Of a DNA stretch of 42,095 nt, positions 32,473 through 41,109 are shown piece after piece (position 1 is the stretch's first letter; every line of letters starts with the position of its first letter). The notes beneath the pieces were generated by a model. The model saw nothing but the letters and a program-made list of their open reading frames with translations. It was not told the origin of the DNA and did not search any database. This stretch comes from a virus. Location of the stretch: the IMG/VR virus record IMGVR_UViG_3300045988_011437, positions 1-42,095 of that record. The stretch is one strand, 5' to 3'. The position numbers were made by a program, and so were the translations under genes.

Positions 32473-33116
32473 TGCTGAAATCTTTTGACGAGTTGATACA
32501 GGTGGATGTAAAGCCGTTTTGCGATTTACGCGACGCAAAGGACGAGAAGGGTAATGTTATCAAGGTCCCTTATTTGAGCTGGGCAAAGTGCGCCAAGTTG
32601 CTCCACGAAAACGGAGCATCCAGCGTGTGGTATGCCCCTCGGAGGTGCCCGGAAACGAATACATACCTGTGGCCGCAGGCCAAAATTACTACCAGCAAAG
32701 GAAGGATTACAGAATGCTGGTTTGTGTCTGTTGAAATCCACATTGACGATTTGGAGTTTTCCTACGACATGCCCCTGTTGAACGGGTCCCTTGTGGTATA
32801 TGAGGATACGCTGAACCAACTTCGCATAAACAACGCGCTGGCGAGAGCTTTTGTTAAGGGCGTTGCCGTTCGCACCGGACTTGGGTTTGACCTTTGGGCA
32901 GAAGGTGACGGAGACGATGGTGAGGACGATTTGAGCCGTCACAGTATCTTTGCCATAAAGGAGAGACTGGAAAGGCTAATCACCATGAAAGAACGAAACG
33001 GGCTTGACCACAACGACCTGCTTCGGGGACTTGGGATCAACGAAAAACAGCTTGTGCAGTTGATGGGCTATTTTGCAAAGCTGGACGCGCTTGAAAAGGC
33101 TGTGAGTAAGCTATGA
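32472..33116 (+). CDS. Rad52-like single-strand annealing protein (DUF1071/Sak-like)
   Basis: VPYLSWAKCAKLL ... NALARAFVKGVAVRTGLGFDLWAEGD and an acidic tail. Adjacent to the exonuclease gene. Confidence 0.7.
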   Translation: MLKSFDELIQVDVKPFCDLRDAKDEKGNVIKVPYLSWAKCAKLLHENGASSVWYAPRRCPETNTYLWPQAKITTSKGRITECWFVSVEIHIDDLEFSYDMPLLNGSLVVYEDTLNQLRINNALARAFVKGVAVRTGLGFDLWAEGDGDDGEDDLSRHSIFAIKERLERLITMKERNGLDHNDLLRGLGINEKQLVQLMGYFAKLDALEKAVSKL

Positions 33117-33697
33117 TACGAAACCACGACAGAAGCGGTTGGTTTGGCGCAAGCGACACCGCCACCATCATGGGGAACTGGAATACAGATACATTCCGCA
33201 GATGGTGGCTGGTGAAGCTGGGTGTTAGAAAAGACAGGTTTGTCACACCGTCAATGCAATGCGGAACGGCTTACGAGCACAAGATACTTGATGCGCTGCA
33301 TGTAAAGACACGAGACAGGCAGATACGCATTCGTTCGCTACGTTTGCGCGTGAACTATGACGGGGAAAGCAGACAACTCATTACCGAAGTGAAAACGCAT
33401 AGCAAACCTGTATTCAAAGTTACGAAAGCGTATTGGCAGCAGTGCCAGGTGGAGATGTTTGCCAGCGGATGCGGGTTGTTCCGAAAGAGAAAGTTTTGCA
33501 GGATTGTGGCATACCGCGTTACAGAAGACGAATTGTTTAATTTTTTTCTGCCAATAGACGAAAACAGGTTGACACAGCACAAGGTTGATTATGACGCGGA
33601 TTGGGTCGAGGGGTGTTACCTACCTCGTCTTAGGTATTTGGCAAAATGCCTACGAACAGGGCATTGCCCGCAGGAGGAAGAATTATGCAGCAGGTGA
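33113..33697 (+). CDS. YqaJ-like recombination exonuclease
   Basis: GASDTATIMG ... GTAYEHKIL ... YDGESRQLITEVKTH ... QCQVEM, a PD-(D/E)xK pattern. Confidence 0.8.
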   Translation: MIRNHDRSGWFGASDTATIMGNWNTDTFRRWWLVKLGVRKDRFVTPSMQCGTAYEHKILDALHVKTRDRQIRIRSLRLRVNYDGESRQLITEVKTHSKPVFKVTKAYWQQCQVEMFASGCGLFRKRKFCRIVAYRVTEDELFNFFLPIDENRLTQHKVDYDADWVEGCYLPRLRYLAKCLRTGHCPQEEELCSR

Positions 33698-34224
33698 CAG
33701 TCGATGGCGCACGGTGGCAGCAGGACAGTGATGGCGCGTGGCTGGCGCTGCGTGTGAAGTCGCCGCAGACCGCGATGGACGTGTGCGACGCGCTGAAGCC
33801 TGGCAAGGAGTACAACGTGACCATCAAGGGCAAAGGCCGGAGCCTGGATGCCAATGCCTATTGCTGGGTGTTGCTGGACAGGCTGGCGGCACACTACGGC
33901 ATCTCCAAGCAAGAGGTGTACCGGCAGGAGATACGGAACATCGGAGGCGTGAGCGAGGTGCTGTGCCTGCGGGAAAAGGCGGCGGATGCGTTTTGTAAGG
34001 GCTGGGAGCGTAACGGCATCGGCTGGATGGCCGACAAGGGCGCAAGCAAGCTAAAGGGCTGCGTGAACGTGACAGTATGGTACGGAAGCAGCACCTACGA
34101 CACGGAGCAGATGTCGCGCCTGATAGATGCCGTCGTGGAGGATTGTAAGGCGGTAGGTATTGAGACGATGACGCCGGAAGAGCTGGACGCGCTGGTGAAC
34201 CGGTGGGGAGAGGTGAGCGTATGA
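33685..34224 (+). CDS. NinB/Orf-like recombination mediator
   Basis: ATG 33685 follows CAGGAGGAAG. GRSLDANAYCWVLLDRLA parallels lambda NinB NRSLDQNRKLWACLGDV. Confidence 0.65.
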   Translation: MQQVTVDGARWQQDSDGAWLALRVKSPQTAMDVCDALKPGKEYNVTIKGKGRSLDANAYCWVLLDRLAAHYGISKQEVYRQEIRNIGGVSEVLCLREKAADAFCKGWERNGIGWMADKGASKLKGCVNVTVWYGSSTYDTEQMSRLIDAVVEDCKAVGIETMTPEELDALVNRWGEVSV

Positions 34225-34436
34225 ACAAGCTGCACATACAGCCCTGCTGGACGTGCAAGAAGTGCTACGGCGACTGTAGCTGGTCGAGGAAAGGCCCGGA
34301 GCCGGTGCCAGGATGGGACGCTACGCCTACGGTGAAGAAAAAAGGAGGCCGCAAGGCGGGTATCATGCGCAGCTACGCCATTCACAGCTGCCCGGAATAT
34401 GAGTGGGACGGGACGGAGGAAGCGCATGGAGAGTAA
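34221..34436 (+). CDS. Small Cys-rich protein
   Basis: ATGA overlap. CWTCKKCYGDCSW. Confidence 0.45.
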   Translation: MNKLHIQPCWTCKKCYGDCSWSRKGPEPVPGWDATPTVKKKGGRKAGIMRSYAIHSCPEYEWDGTEEAHGE

Positions 34437-34707
34437 GAGATGCTTTTTGTGCGGGGCGACCGGCGGGACGGATCCGCTGGATCGCCACCACATATTCCCC
34501 GGCACGGCAAACCGGAAGAAAAGTGAGAAGTACGGCCTGGTGGTGTATCTGTGCCATAACCGGTGCCACATCTTCGGCAGGCGTGCCGTACACAACAACG
34601 CAACGACCATGAAGCAGCTGCAGCGGTACGGACAGCTCAAGGCCATGCAGGAACAGGGATGGACGGAAGAGGACTTCCGGCGAGAATTCGGAAAAAGTTA
34701 CTTATAA
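34426..34707 (+). CDS. Zinc-finger / HNH-like small nuclease-type protein
   Basis: GGAGGAAG RBS. CFLCG...DRHHIFPG.ANRKKSEKYGLVVYLCHNRCH. Confidence 0.5.
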   Translation: MESKRCFLCGATGGTDPLDRHHIFPGTANRKKSEKYGLVVYLCHNRCHIFGRRAVHNNATTMKQLQRYGQLKAMQEQGWTEEDFRREFGKSYL

Positions 34708-34718
34708 GGAGATTTGAT

Positions 34719-35129
34719 ATGCTGAACAAGATTTTCATTATGGGTCGGTTGACCCGCGATCCGGAGTTGCGCAGGACACAGAACGGCACCGCCGTTGCCA
34801 GTTTTGCCCTGGCGGTAGACCGGGACTTTAAGAACGCAGACGGGACCAAGGACACGGACTTCATCGACATTGTGGCGTGGCGCGGTACGGCGGAGTTTGC
34901 TTCCAGGTATTTCACCAAAGGCCGCATGGCGGTGGTGGAGGGCCGGCTGCAAATGCGTGACTGGCAGGACAAGAACGGCAACAACCGCAGAAGCGCCGAG
35001 ATCGTGGCGGACAATATGTATTTTGGCGACAGCTGGAAGGACACGGACGCGAAGGTCACGTTTCCTCGGACGGGCGGCAATAGCCAGTCCGTGGAGATGG
35101 ACGAGGATGACAGCGATCTGCCTTTCTAA
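34719..35129 (+). CDS. ssb: Single-stranded DNA-binding protein
   Basis: MLNKIFIMGRLTRDPELRRTQNGTAVASFALAV ... acidic tail DEDDSDLPF. Confidence 0.9.
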   Translation: MLNKIFIMGRLTRDPELRRTQNGTAVASFALAVDRDFKNADGTKDTDFIDIVAWRGTAEFASRYFTKGRMAVVEGRLQMRDWQDKNGNNRRSAEIVADNMYFGDSWKDTDAKVTFPRTGGNSQSVEMDEDDSDLPF

Positions 35130-35142
35130 GGGGGTGACGTGA

Positions 35143-35457
35143 ATGGGCAAGATGCAGGAAGAGATCAAGGCGCTGCGTAGGCAGAACACGCATTTGCAGA
35201 ACGTGGTACAGCGGCAGCGGGAACGGCTGGCGGAGGCGGACGAGGCTATTAAAGCCTTTAGTGACATGGTAGACGCTCACTACGCCGCCTGCGCCGTACA
35301 GTTTGGCGAAAAGCGCGAGGACTGCGGCGTGCTGTGGGGCTATCACCTGGAGATACCCGCGACGCTGGTGGCAAAAGGCCTGACGGACTACACCGTACAG
35401 GTGGCGTTGGACAAGGAGCGCGGCGTTTACGTCATCGGGGCGATGAAGAAGGAGTGA
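35143..35457 (+). CDS. Hypothetical coiled-coil protein
   Basis: 104-aa ORF in the early operon. Confidence 0.5.
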   Translation: MGKMQEEIKALRRQNTHLQNVVQRQRERLAEADEAIKAFSDMVDAHYAACAVQFGEKREDCGVLWGYHLEIPATLVAKGLTDYTVQVALDKERGVYVIGAMKKE

Positions 35458-35463
35458 GGCGGT

Positions 35464-35700
35464 GTGAAGCGCAAACAATTCACGTTTTACAGCTCCTACT
35501 GGGATGCGATACAGCCTCTCCCCAAAAAGCAGCAGGCGGAGATTCTTCTGGCGATCTGCGACTATGCGCTGAACGAAACGGAGCCGTCCAGCAGTCTCTC
35601 CCCCGCCGCCAGTGTCGCGTTTAATTTGATTCGCCCCACACTGGACAGCGGCAGAAATAAAGCCGCCAACCGCCAGAACAAATCAGAATCAAACGGATAA
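35464..35700 (+). CDS. Hypothetical protein (replisome-organiser-associated N-terminal-like domain?)
   Basis: GTG start 10 nt after AAGGAG. FTFYSSYWDAIQPLPKKQQAEILLAICDYAL. The 3' end runs into the iteron array. Confidence 0.5.
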   Translation: MKRKQFTFYSSYWDAIQPLPKKQQAEILLAICDYALNETEPSSSLSPAASVAFNLIRPTLDSGRNKAANRQNKSESNG

Positions 35701-35733
35701 CAAACGGATAACAAACGCGCAACAAAGGCGCAA
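35690..35733. repeat. Four tandem 11-bp repeats (iteron-like)
   Basis: CAAACGGATAA CAAACGGATAA CAAACGCGCAA CAAAGGCGCAA, read directly. Confidence 0.7.
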
Positions 35734-35787
35734 GGAGAAAGAGGGGGAGAAAGAGAGAGAGTAAGAGGGAGAGGGAGAGTAAGAGAA
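35734..35787. repeat. 54-nt polypurine tract with GAGAGTAAGAG x2
   Basis: Only two pyrimidines occur on the plus strand across the tract. It is followed by the AT-rich ATGTTATATATTA. Confidence 0.7.
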
Positions 35788-35839
35788 CGAATGTTATATA
35801 TTACGGCGGCGGGAGTATGTACTACCGGAGGAGGAAGAA

Positions 35840-36205
35840 ATGGACAGAAGCGAAGTCGAGAAGCTTTTTACCCTGTTTTCGCAGTTCTGGCCGAACAAGC
35901 AGGTCACGGCAAAAATGAAGCTGGCGTGGGAGATCGCTTTAGAGCCTTACAGCTACGCGGACGTAAGAGCCGCCGCCGTCGCCTATGCCAGACGCAATAA
36001 ATTTTTTCCCGATGTGGCGGATATCACGATGGGCATTGAGCCGCAGGAGGAGCAGGCGCAGGAAGAACAGGCACAGGATACGATGGAGCGTTTTGCTTGG
36101 ATGCGGGACTACATCAACAAGGAACACAAGTGGGGACGTATCTCCCGCTATGCAAGGGAACACGGGATGACGTGGCAGGAGGCCAAGGAGGCGCTGGATG
36201 GATAA
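35840..36205 (+). CDS. G39P-like replicative helicase loader/inhibitor
   Basis: FSQFWPNKQVTAKMKLAWEIALEPYSYADVRAAAVAYARRNKFFPDVADI parallels the SPP1 G39P N-terminal domain (AYP.F...W.e.L.d.dy......skFPPsiAEI). Confidence 0.65.
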   Translation: MDRSEVEKLFTLFSQFWPNKQVTAKMKLAWEIALEPYSYADVRAAAVAYARRNKFFPDVADITMGIEPQEEQAQEEQAQDTMERFAWMRDYINKEHKWGRISRYAREHGMTWQEAKEALDG

Positions 36206-36410
36206 AGGCATCTGGCGCGTGGCCAGAGCGCGGCTGTGCGTGACCTGTTTGCAGGAGATGGCGGAGGATTACATCATCGAGCCAGCGTTCCACGGCTGGG
36301 CGCAGGGCGTGTGCCAGCGCTGCGGAAAAGCGCAGAAAATGACGACGGTCAAGCGCTACACCATGAGTAGGCGCGGACTGGAGAAAAGAGGGTTGTTGGA
36401 TGAACAGTGA
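36198..36410 (+). CDS. Small Cys-containing protein
   Basis: 70-aa ORF overlapping both neighbours. CVTC ... CQRCG. Confidence 0.45.
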   Translation: MDKGIWRVARARLCVTCLQEMAEDYIIEPAFHGWAQGVCQRCGKAQKMTTVKRYTMSRRGLEKRGLLDEQ

Positions 36411-36843
36411 GGATCTGATGCGGCTGGGGCCTGCGGCACAGAAGCAGGTCATGGAGAAGATGCAGAAGCAGGGGAAGTACAAGGCACAGAAGACGCGGCG
36501 CGGCAAGCTGACCTTTGACAGCAAGAAGGAGGCGGAGCGCTACGATGCGCTGATGCTGCTGCAAAAGGCCGGGGAGATACGGGGCCTCAAATTACAGGTG
36601 CGGTACTGCTTGCAAGAGGCGTACATAACGTTTGAGGGCGACCCGGTGAAAAGTATCGACTACATCGCGGACTTCGTTTACGAGCGCAGAACGGCTCCTG
36701 ACAGCTACGGCCAGCGGTACTGGTTGCCGGTGGTGGAGGACGTGAAGGGGTATAAAGATCCGAGTAGCGCTGCGTATAGGGTGTTTTCCATGAAAGCAAA
36801 GCTGTTCCGCAGTAGGTACGGGTTTGCCATCCGGGAGGTGTGA
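36400..36843 (+). CDS. DUF1064-family protein (putative endonuclease/resolvase)
   Basis: FDSKKEAERYDALMLLQKAGEIRGLKLQ ... YIADFVY ... VEDVKG...YRVFSMKAKLF. Confidence 0.7.
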   Translation: MNSEDLMRLGPAAQKQVMEKMQKQGKYKAQKTRRGKLTFDSKKEAERYDALMLLQKAGEIRGLKLQVRYCLQEAYITFEGDPVKSIDYIADFVYERRTAPDSYGQRYWLPVVEDVKGYKDPSSAAYRVFSMKAKLFRSRYGFAIREV

Positions 36844-36844
36844 C

Positions 36845-37918
36845 GTGGAGCGCACAAACCAGCCGCTGACGAATGAGGCGGCAAGGAAACTGATGGCGCT
36901 GGACGTACAGGACAAGGAGATACTGACCTACGAAAAGCTGGACGAGTGGTACACCGCATGGGGCGGACAGTGCTACGTCAGCTTCTCCGGCGGAAAGGAC
37001 AGCACGGTGCTGGCGTATCTGGCGGCTCGGTACCTGTCAAGCTTCAGGACACCGCCCTGGGAGCTAAATCTGGTGTTTGTGAACACGGGGCTGGAGTACC
37101 CGGAGATACAGAAGTTCGTCAATGAGTACGCCGACTGGCTGCGGAGGGAGTTCCCCCGCGTGACCGTAAACCTTCACCGTACGCGGCCGAAGATGAACAT
37201 CTGGCAGGTGGTGACGAAGTACGGGTACAGCATCATCGGCAAAGATGTAGCGCACCGGATAGAAACCGCGCGGCGTTCACCAGATAGCCGAAGCATGAAG
37301 CTATTGCGTGGGGAAGTCTTACGCGCCGATGGGGAAAAGAGTATGTACAACTGTGAAAAGTGGGAGTATTTGCTTTCGGCTCCATTTCTCATATCAGACA
37401 GGTGCTGTGAAATTATGAAAAAGTCCCCGTCAAAGAGCTATGAGCACCGAGCGAATGTCAAACCCACGACGGCAACAATGGCAGAGGAAAGTCTGCTGCG
37501 TATGCAAAAATGGCGCGAAACCGGCTGCAACGCTTTTGAGGGAAGGCGTCCATTATCTAAGCCCATGAGTTTCTGGATGGAGCAGGATGTGCTGCGGTTC
37601 ATTGTAGACCACCAACTCCCCTACGCCAGCGTGTACGGCGACATCGTGGCCAGCGACGGCGAGAACGACTACGATGCGACGCTGATCGACTGCAAGCTGC
37701 ACTGCACGGGATGCCAGAGGACGGGGTGTATGTTCTGCGGCTTTGGGGCACATCTCGAAAAGGGCGAAAACCGATTTCAGCACATGAGGCGCACGCACCC
37801 GAAGCACTACCAGTTCTGCATCGGCGGTGGGGCGTTCGACACGGATGGGCTGTGGAAACCCACGAAAGACGGTCTTGGCTATGCGCGGGTGCTGGACTAC
37901 ATAGGAGTGAGGTATTGA
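36845..37918 (+). CDS. PP-loop ATP-pyrophosphatase / PAPS-reductase-family protein with C-terminal Cys cluster
   Basis: GTG 36845 follows GGGAGGTG. PP-loop is SFSGGKDSTVLAYL. C-terminal cluster is CKLHCTGCQRTGCMFCGFG. Confidence 0.8.
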   Translation: MERTNQPLTNEAARKLMALDVQDKEILTYEKLDEWYTAWGGQCYVSFSGGKDSTVLAYLAARYLSSFRTPPWELNLVFVNTGLEYPEIQKFVNEYADWLRREFPRVTVNLHRTRPKMNIWQVVTKYGYSIIGKDVAHRIETARRSPDSRSMKLLRGEVLRADGEKSMYNCEKWEYLLSAPFLISDRCCEIMKKSPSKSYEHRANVKPTTATMAEESLLRMQKWRETGCNAFEGRRPLSKPMSFWMEQDVLRFIVDHQLPYASVYGDIVASDGENDYDATLIDCKLHCTGCQRTGCMFCGFGAHLEKGENRFQHMRRTHPKHYQFCIGGGAFDTDGLWKPTKDGLGYARVLDYIGVRY

Positions 37919-37919
37919 T

Positions 37920-38195
37920 ATGGGCAAGCAGCATTTGAGCAGGGACGACCGCATCTTTATGCGTGGCAAGCTGCAAGGCACACGGGAGAACATGGACATG
38001 GTGGCAATGGTGCTGATGGACAAATGCGGCTGGCACGTCCAAGAGGAGACAGCGGACAGCCGGGACACGCAGAGCATCGCGTATCTGTACGAGTGCCTGG
38101 AGAAACTGGCGGAGGAGATCAACGAGGGCCGCATCAAGCGCAAGCACATCAAGGACGTGCTGAAGGACGAGTGCGGCGTGGTGTTTGGAGATTGA
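37920..38195 (+). CDS. Hypothetical protein
   Basis: 91-aa ORF between the PP-loop enzyme and methyltransferase genes. Confidence 0.5.
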   Translation: MGKQHLSRDDRIFMRGKLQGTRENMDMVAMVLMDKCGWHVQEETADSRDTQSIAYLYECLEKLAEEINEGRIKRKHIKDVLKDECGVVFGD

Positions 38196-38196
38196 T

Positions 38197-38895
38197 ATGA
38201 AAGTTTTGGAGTTATTTGCCGGGACACGGAGCATTGGCAAAGCGTTTGAAGCGCGTGGGCACGAAGTGTTTTCCATCGAATGGGACAAGCGGTTTGAAAA
38301 CATCGACTTGTACGCAGATATTATGACTGTTACAGCCGCTGACATTATCCGGGAGTTTGGCAGACCGGACGTGATATGGGCCAGTCCGGATTGCGCAACG
38401 TTTTCCATCGCGGCGATAAGCCACCACCGGCGCAAAAACGAAGAAACAGGGAACCTTGACCCTGTAAGCGAGTATGCGAAGTTCTGCGACAAGGTAGACC
38501 AGCACGTTCTTCGGTTGATCTTGGCGTTGTCACCCGTGTATTGGTTTATCGAGAACCCGAGGGGAGGCATGCGGAAGATGACGTGGATGCAGGGCTTGCC
38601 GCGGTATACGGTCACGTACTGCCAGTACGGAGATACGCGAATGAAGCCGACGGACATCTGGACAAACCATCCTGATCCGCAGTTTAAGCCGATTTGCAAA
38701 AACGGTGATCCATGCCACGAAAGAAGCCCAAGAGGGGCAACCATCAGGGAGGCAAAGCAAATGGGTATCATCCTTCCCCGTGGTGGAACAAGTGCGCAGA
38801 AGAACAGTATGGAAAGGTCAAAGATCCCTACCGCCCTGTGCGAACACATCGTGGACATTTGCGAAGGTGGCATGATGACGTGCGAGCTGGGATAA
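38197..38895 (+). CDS. DNA (cytosine-5)-methyltransferase-like
   Basis: Motif I is LELFAGTRSIG. The motif IV-like catalytic Cys is WASPDCATFS and the motif VI-like element is FIENPRG. Confidence 0.7.
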   Translation: MKVLELFAGTRSIGKAFEARGHEVFSIEWDKRFENIDLYADIMTVTAADIIREFGRPDVIWASPDCATFSIAAISHHRRKNEETGNLDPVSEYAKFCDKVDQHVLRLILALSPVYWFIENPRGGMRKMTWMQGLPRYTVTYCQYGDTRMKPTDIWTNHPDPQFKPICKNGDPCHERSPRGATIREAKQMGIILPRGGTSAQKNSMERSKIPTALCEHIVDICEGGMMTCELG

Positions 38896-38906
38896 GGAGG
38901 AACGAC

Positions 38907-39398
38907 ATGACAAGAGACGAGATCGTGACCGCGCTGCGGTGCTGCGCGGGAGACAGTTGCGAAGGATGCCCATATGATGAAATTTTTGCCGTAGAAGACG
39001 CGAAATGTATCGGGGAAACGACGGGCTACGCCGCTGACCTGATTGAGAACCAGCAGCGGCACATCGAGGCACTGATGAAAGCCAACGACAGCCTGAAGGA
39101 CGCCATTGCACGGCGGGATAAGCAGATAGAGGACATGAAGCAGGGCATGGCACAGCTGGCAAAGGCTGTGGCGGTGAAGGAGGAAAACAATGGAACGACT
39201 GACACAGCCTACGAGGACACGGGGCTGACGCCGGGAGACATCAAGGAATTGCTTGACATGGCTGCGTCGAAAACAAACAGGGTTTTGCGGCTTAAAGAAG
39301 AATTACACACCATAAAGAACGAGCTATGCCAATACTGCGGGAAGTACAAACACGCACACGATGGCGCCTGTGACGGGTGCAGATGGAGGGAAATGTGA
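38907..39398 (+). CDS. Cys-rich coiled-coil protein
   Basis: AAGGAGG RBS. CCAGDSCEGCPYD ... CQYCGKYKHAHDGACDGC. Confidence 0.5.
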   Translation: MTRDEIVTALRCCAGDSCEGCPYDEIFAVEDAKCIGETTGYAADLIENQQRHIEALMKANDSLKDAIARRDKQIEDMKQGMAQLAKAVAVKEENNGTTDTAYEDTGLTPGDIKELLDMAASKTNRVLRLKEELHTIKNELCQYCGKYKHAHDGACDGCRWREM

Positions 39399-39748
39399 TG
39401 GATGCTATTAAGTTTGTAAAGGAATATCTGCGTATGTGCGGCAAATTTTCTGGCTGTGAGGAATGTCCTGCATTTATGACTGACTTTTGCACGGTAAATG
39501 TGGAGGAGCAATCGCAGGAAACAGCGGGAGAAGTGGTGAGGGTCGTCGAGGAGTGGTCTGCTGCACACCCGTGCAAGACACGGCAGAGCGTGTTTTTGGA
39601 GCAGTATCCTCAGGCTGATATTGATAACACCGGGCTTTTGATCCTGTGCCCTAAGCGTATTTCTGCGGATATACGGGTTACCGCCGATTGTTTGCGCCAG
39701 GGGTGCTCCGATTGTCGCCGCGAGTTCTGGATGCAGGAGGTGGAGTGA
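39398..39748 (+). CDS. Cys-rich hypothetical protein
   Basis: ATG 39398 overlaps the preceding stop. CGKFSGCEECP ... CSDCRREFW. Confidence 0.5.
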   Translation: MDAIKFVKEYLRMCGKFSGCEECPAFMTDFCTVNVEEQSQETAGEVVRVVEEWSAAHPCKTRQSVFLEQYPQADIDNTGLLILCPKRISADIRVTADCLRQGCSDCRREFWMQEVE

Positions 39749-39927
39749 TGGCTGACCTGAAACCGTGCCCGTTCTGTGGCGGTGACCGAATAGAAATCTA
39801 TGATTTAGGTCATCAAGAAACACCATGTTGGTTTGTTACTTGCAATAATTGTGGCGCTGAAATATCAGGTTTTTGGCAAGAAAGTGGAGCAATCGAAGCA
39901 TGGAATAGGAGGGCTGACAATGGCTGA
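39748..39927 (+). CDS. lar: Lar-family restriction alleviation protein
   Basis: MADLKPCPFCGG......VTCNNCGAE....ESGAIEAWNRR matches the Lar-family signature. Confidence 0.8.
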   Translation: MADLKPCPFCGGDRIEIYDLGHQETPCWFVTCNNCGAEISGFWQESGAIEAWNRRADNG

Positions 39928-40171
39928 ATACATTGATAAAAACGCCACCGTTGGCATTTTGGAGGCCATGAGCAGAAGCGCCGACTGTGAGTGCATTAAA
40001 AAACGTCTTGAAAAGGCAGCAAAACGAGTAAGCGCAATCCCCACCGCTGATGTTACCCCGGTGGTGCGCTGCAAGGACTGCTATCAATCAGTGGTGATCG
40101 GAAATGTCCTGCACTGCACCTATTGGAGAAAGAACACGGACGAAAACGGATATTGCCACGAGGGAGGATAA
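39920..40171 (+). CDS. Cys-motif protein, member 1 of the VVRCKDC paralogue set
   Basis: MAEYIDK ... TPVVRCKDCYQS ... NGYCHEGG. Confidence 0.5.
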   Translation: MAEYIDKNATVGILEAMSRSADCECIKKRLEKAAKRVSAIPTADVTPVVRCKDCYQSVVIGNVLHCTYWRKNTDENGYCHEGG

Positions 40172-40175
40172 GCCA

Positions 40176-40262
40176 ATGGCTGAATACATTGATGGTCACC
40201 CTTTTAACGACAGGCTTAATTACTGCCCCAACTGCGGTGCGAAAATGGACGGTGTGGAATGA
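40176..40262 (+). CDS. Possible 28-aa zinc-ribbon peptide sharing the MAEYID start with the previous gene
   Basis: The 20-nt CAATGGCTGAATACATTGAT is repeated at 39918 and 40174. Product is MAEYIDGHPFNDRLNYCPNCGAKMDGVE, with an ATGA overlap with the next gene. Confidence 0.25.
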   Translation: MAEYIDGHPFNDRLNYCPNCGAKMDGVE

Positions 40263-40549
40263 AAATCTACAAAAAGCCGTGGGTGACGCGGGAAAGCTAC
40301 TTTGTGAAAACTGGCGCTGCAAAGTCAGCAGAGATGGAGGGGGCGAAATCCAGCGGCTATTCTATCGATTTTTGGGACGGTAAGTGGGTCGTCCGTAAGA
40401 CAGCCTATTATAACAAGTCTCTATCTGAAATGCCTGTTGTTTGCGAAAACAGATGCAGTTTGCAGGCGCGAATTGACAAGGCGATTGTGGACACGGTTCT
40501 TGGGTTTGTGGAGCTGGCGAAGATGGACGGAGGTGACGATCGTGTATAA
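40259..40549 (+). CDS. Hypothetical protein
   Basis: 96-aa ORF in an operon-like tight array. Confidence 0.5.
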   Translation: MKIYKKPWVTRESYFVKTGAAKSAEMEGAKSSGYSIDFWDGKWVVRKTAYYNKSLSEMPVVCENRCSLQARIDKAIVDTVLGFVELAKMDGGDDRV

Positions 40550-40895
40550 TTTGCGAAACGAACTTATGCACTATACGAATGACCTTTCAGACGGCGCGGA
40601 TCTGAAAGCGGAAGCCGTTGCAGTCATCGAACAAATCGCGCAGTACATGACAAAAGAAGCGCTGCTTCACCACAGCAGACCGCTTGCACTTGCGTATCTC
40701 GCATTGACAGAGGAGGTCGATGCCGTGCCGGTGGTACGGTGCAAGGGCTGCAAGCACTATCGCAACTACCCAAACGGTTTGTGTTACCTACATACGGAGC
40801 CAAAGACAAATGCCCGCGGGTATTCCGGCGAGGCGGTGTGTGTAGAGCCGGATGATTTCTGCTCCTACGGCGAGAGAAAGAAGGGCGCGGAGTAA
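40542..40895 (+). CDS. Cys-motif protein, member 2 (VVRCKGCKHY ... FCSYGERK)
   Basis: GTG 40542 lies 6 nt after GGAGGTG. Confidence 0.5.
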   Translation: MYNLRNELMHYTNDLSDGADLKAEAVAVIEQIAQYMTKEALLHHSRPLALAYLALTEEVDAVPVVRCKGCKHYRNYPNGLCYLHTEPKTNARGYSGEAVCVEPDDFCSYGERKKGAE

Positions 40896-41095
40896 TGTTC
40901 TGTTGGATATTCACCCGCGCTGCACAAATGGAGGGCCACGAATTTACAGACGATGTAGCATACTGCTTCTGCTGGACAAAGAAACAGGCTATTAAGAGGT
41001 TCGGCCAGCTGTACGACGATGTAAAACCATTCGAGGTTGATAAGGTGGTGTTTGACCCATTCAGGCGGCTGCCGGTCGTGGTCACGGATTATTGA
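40895..41095 (+). CDS. Hypothetical protein
   Basis: 66-aa ORF whose start overlaps the previous stop. Confidence 0.45.
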   Translation: MFCWIFTRAAQMEGHEFTDDVAYCFCWTKKQAIKRFGQLYDDVKPFEVDKVVFDPFRRLPVVVTDY

Positions 41096-41109
41096 GGAGG
41101 TACGGAGCG

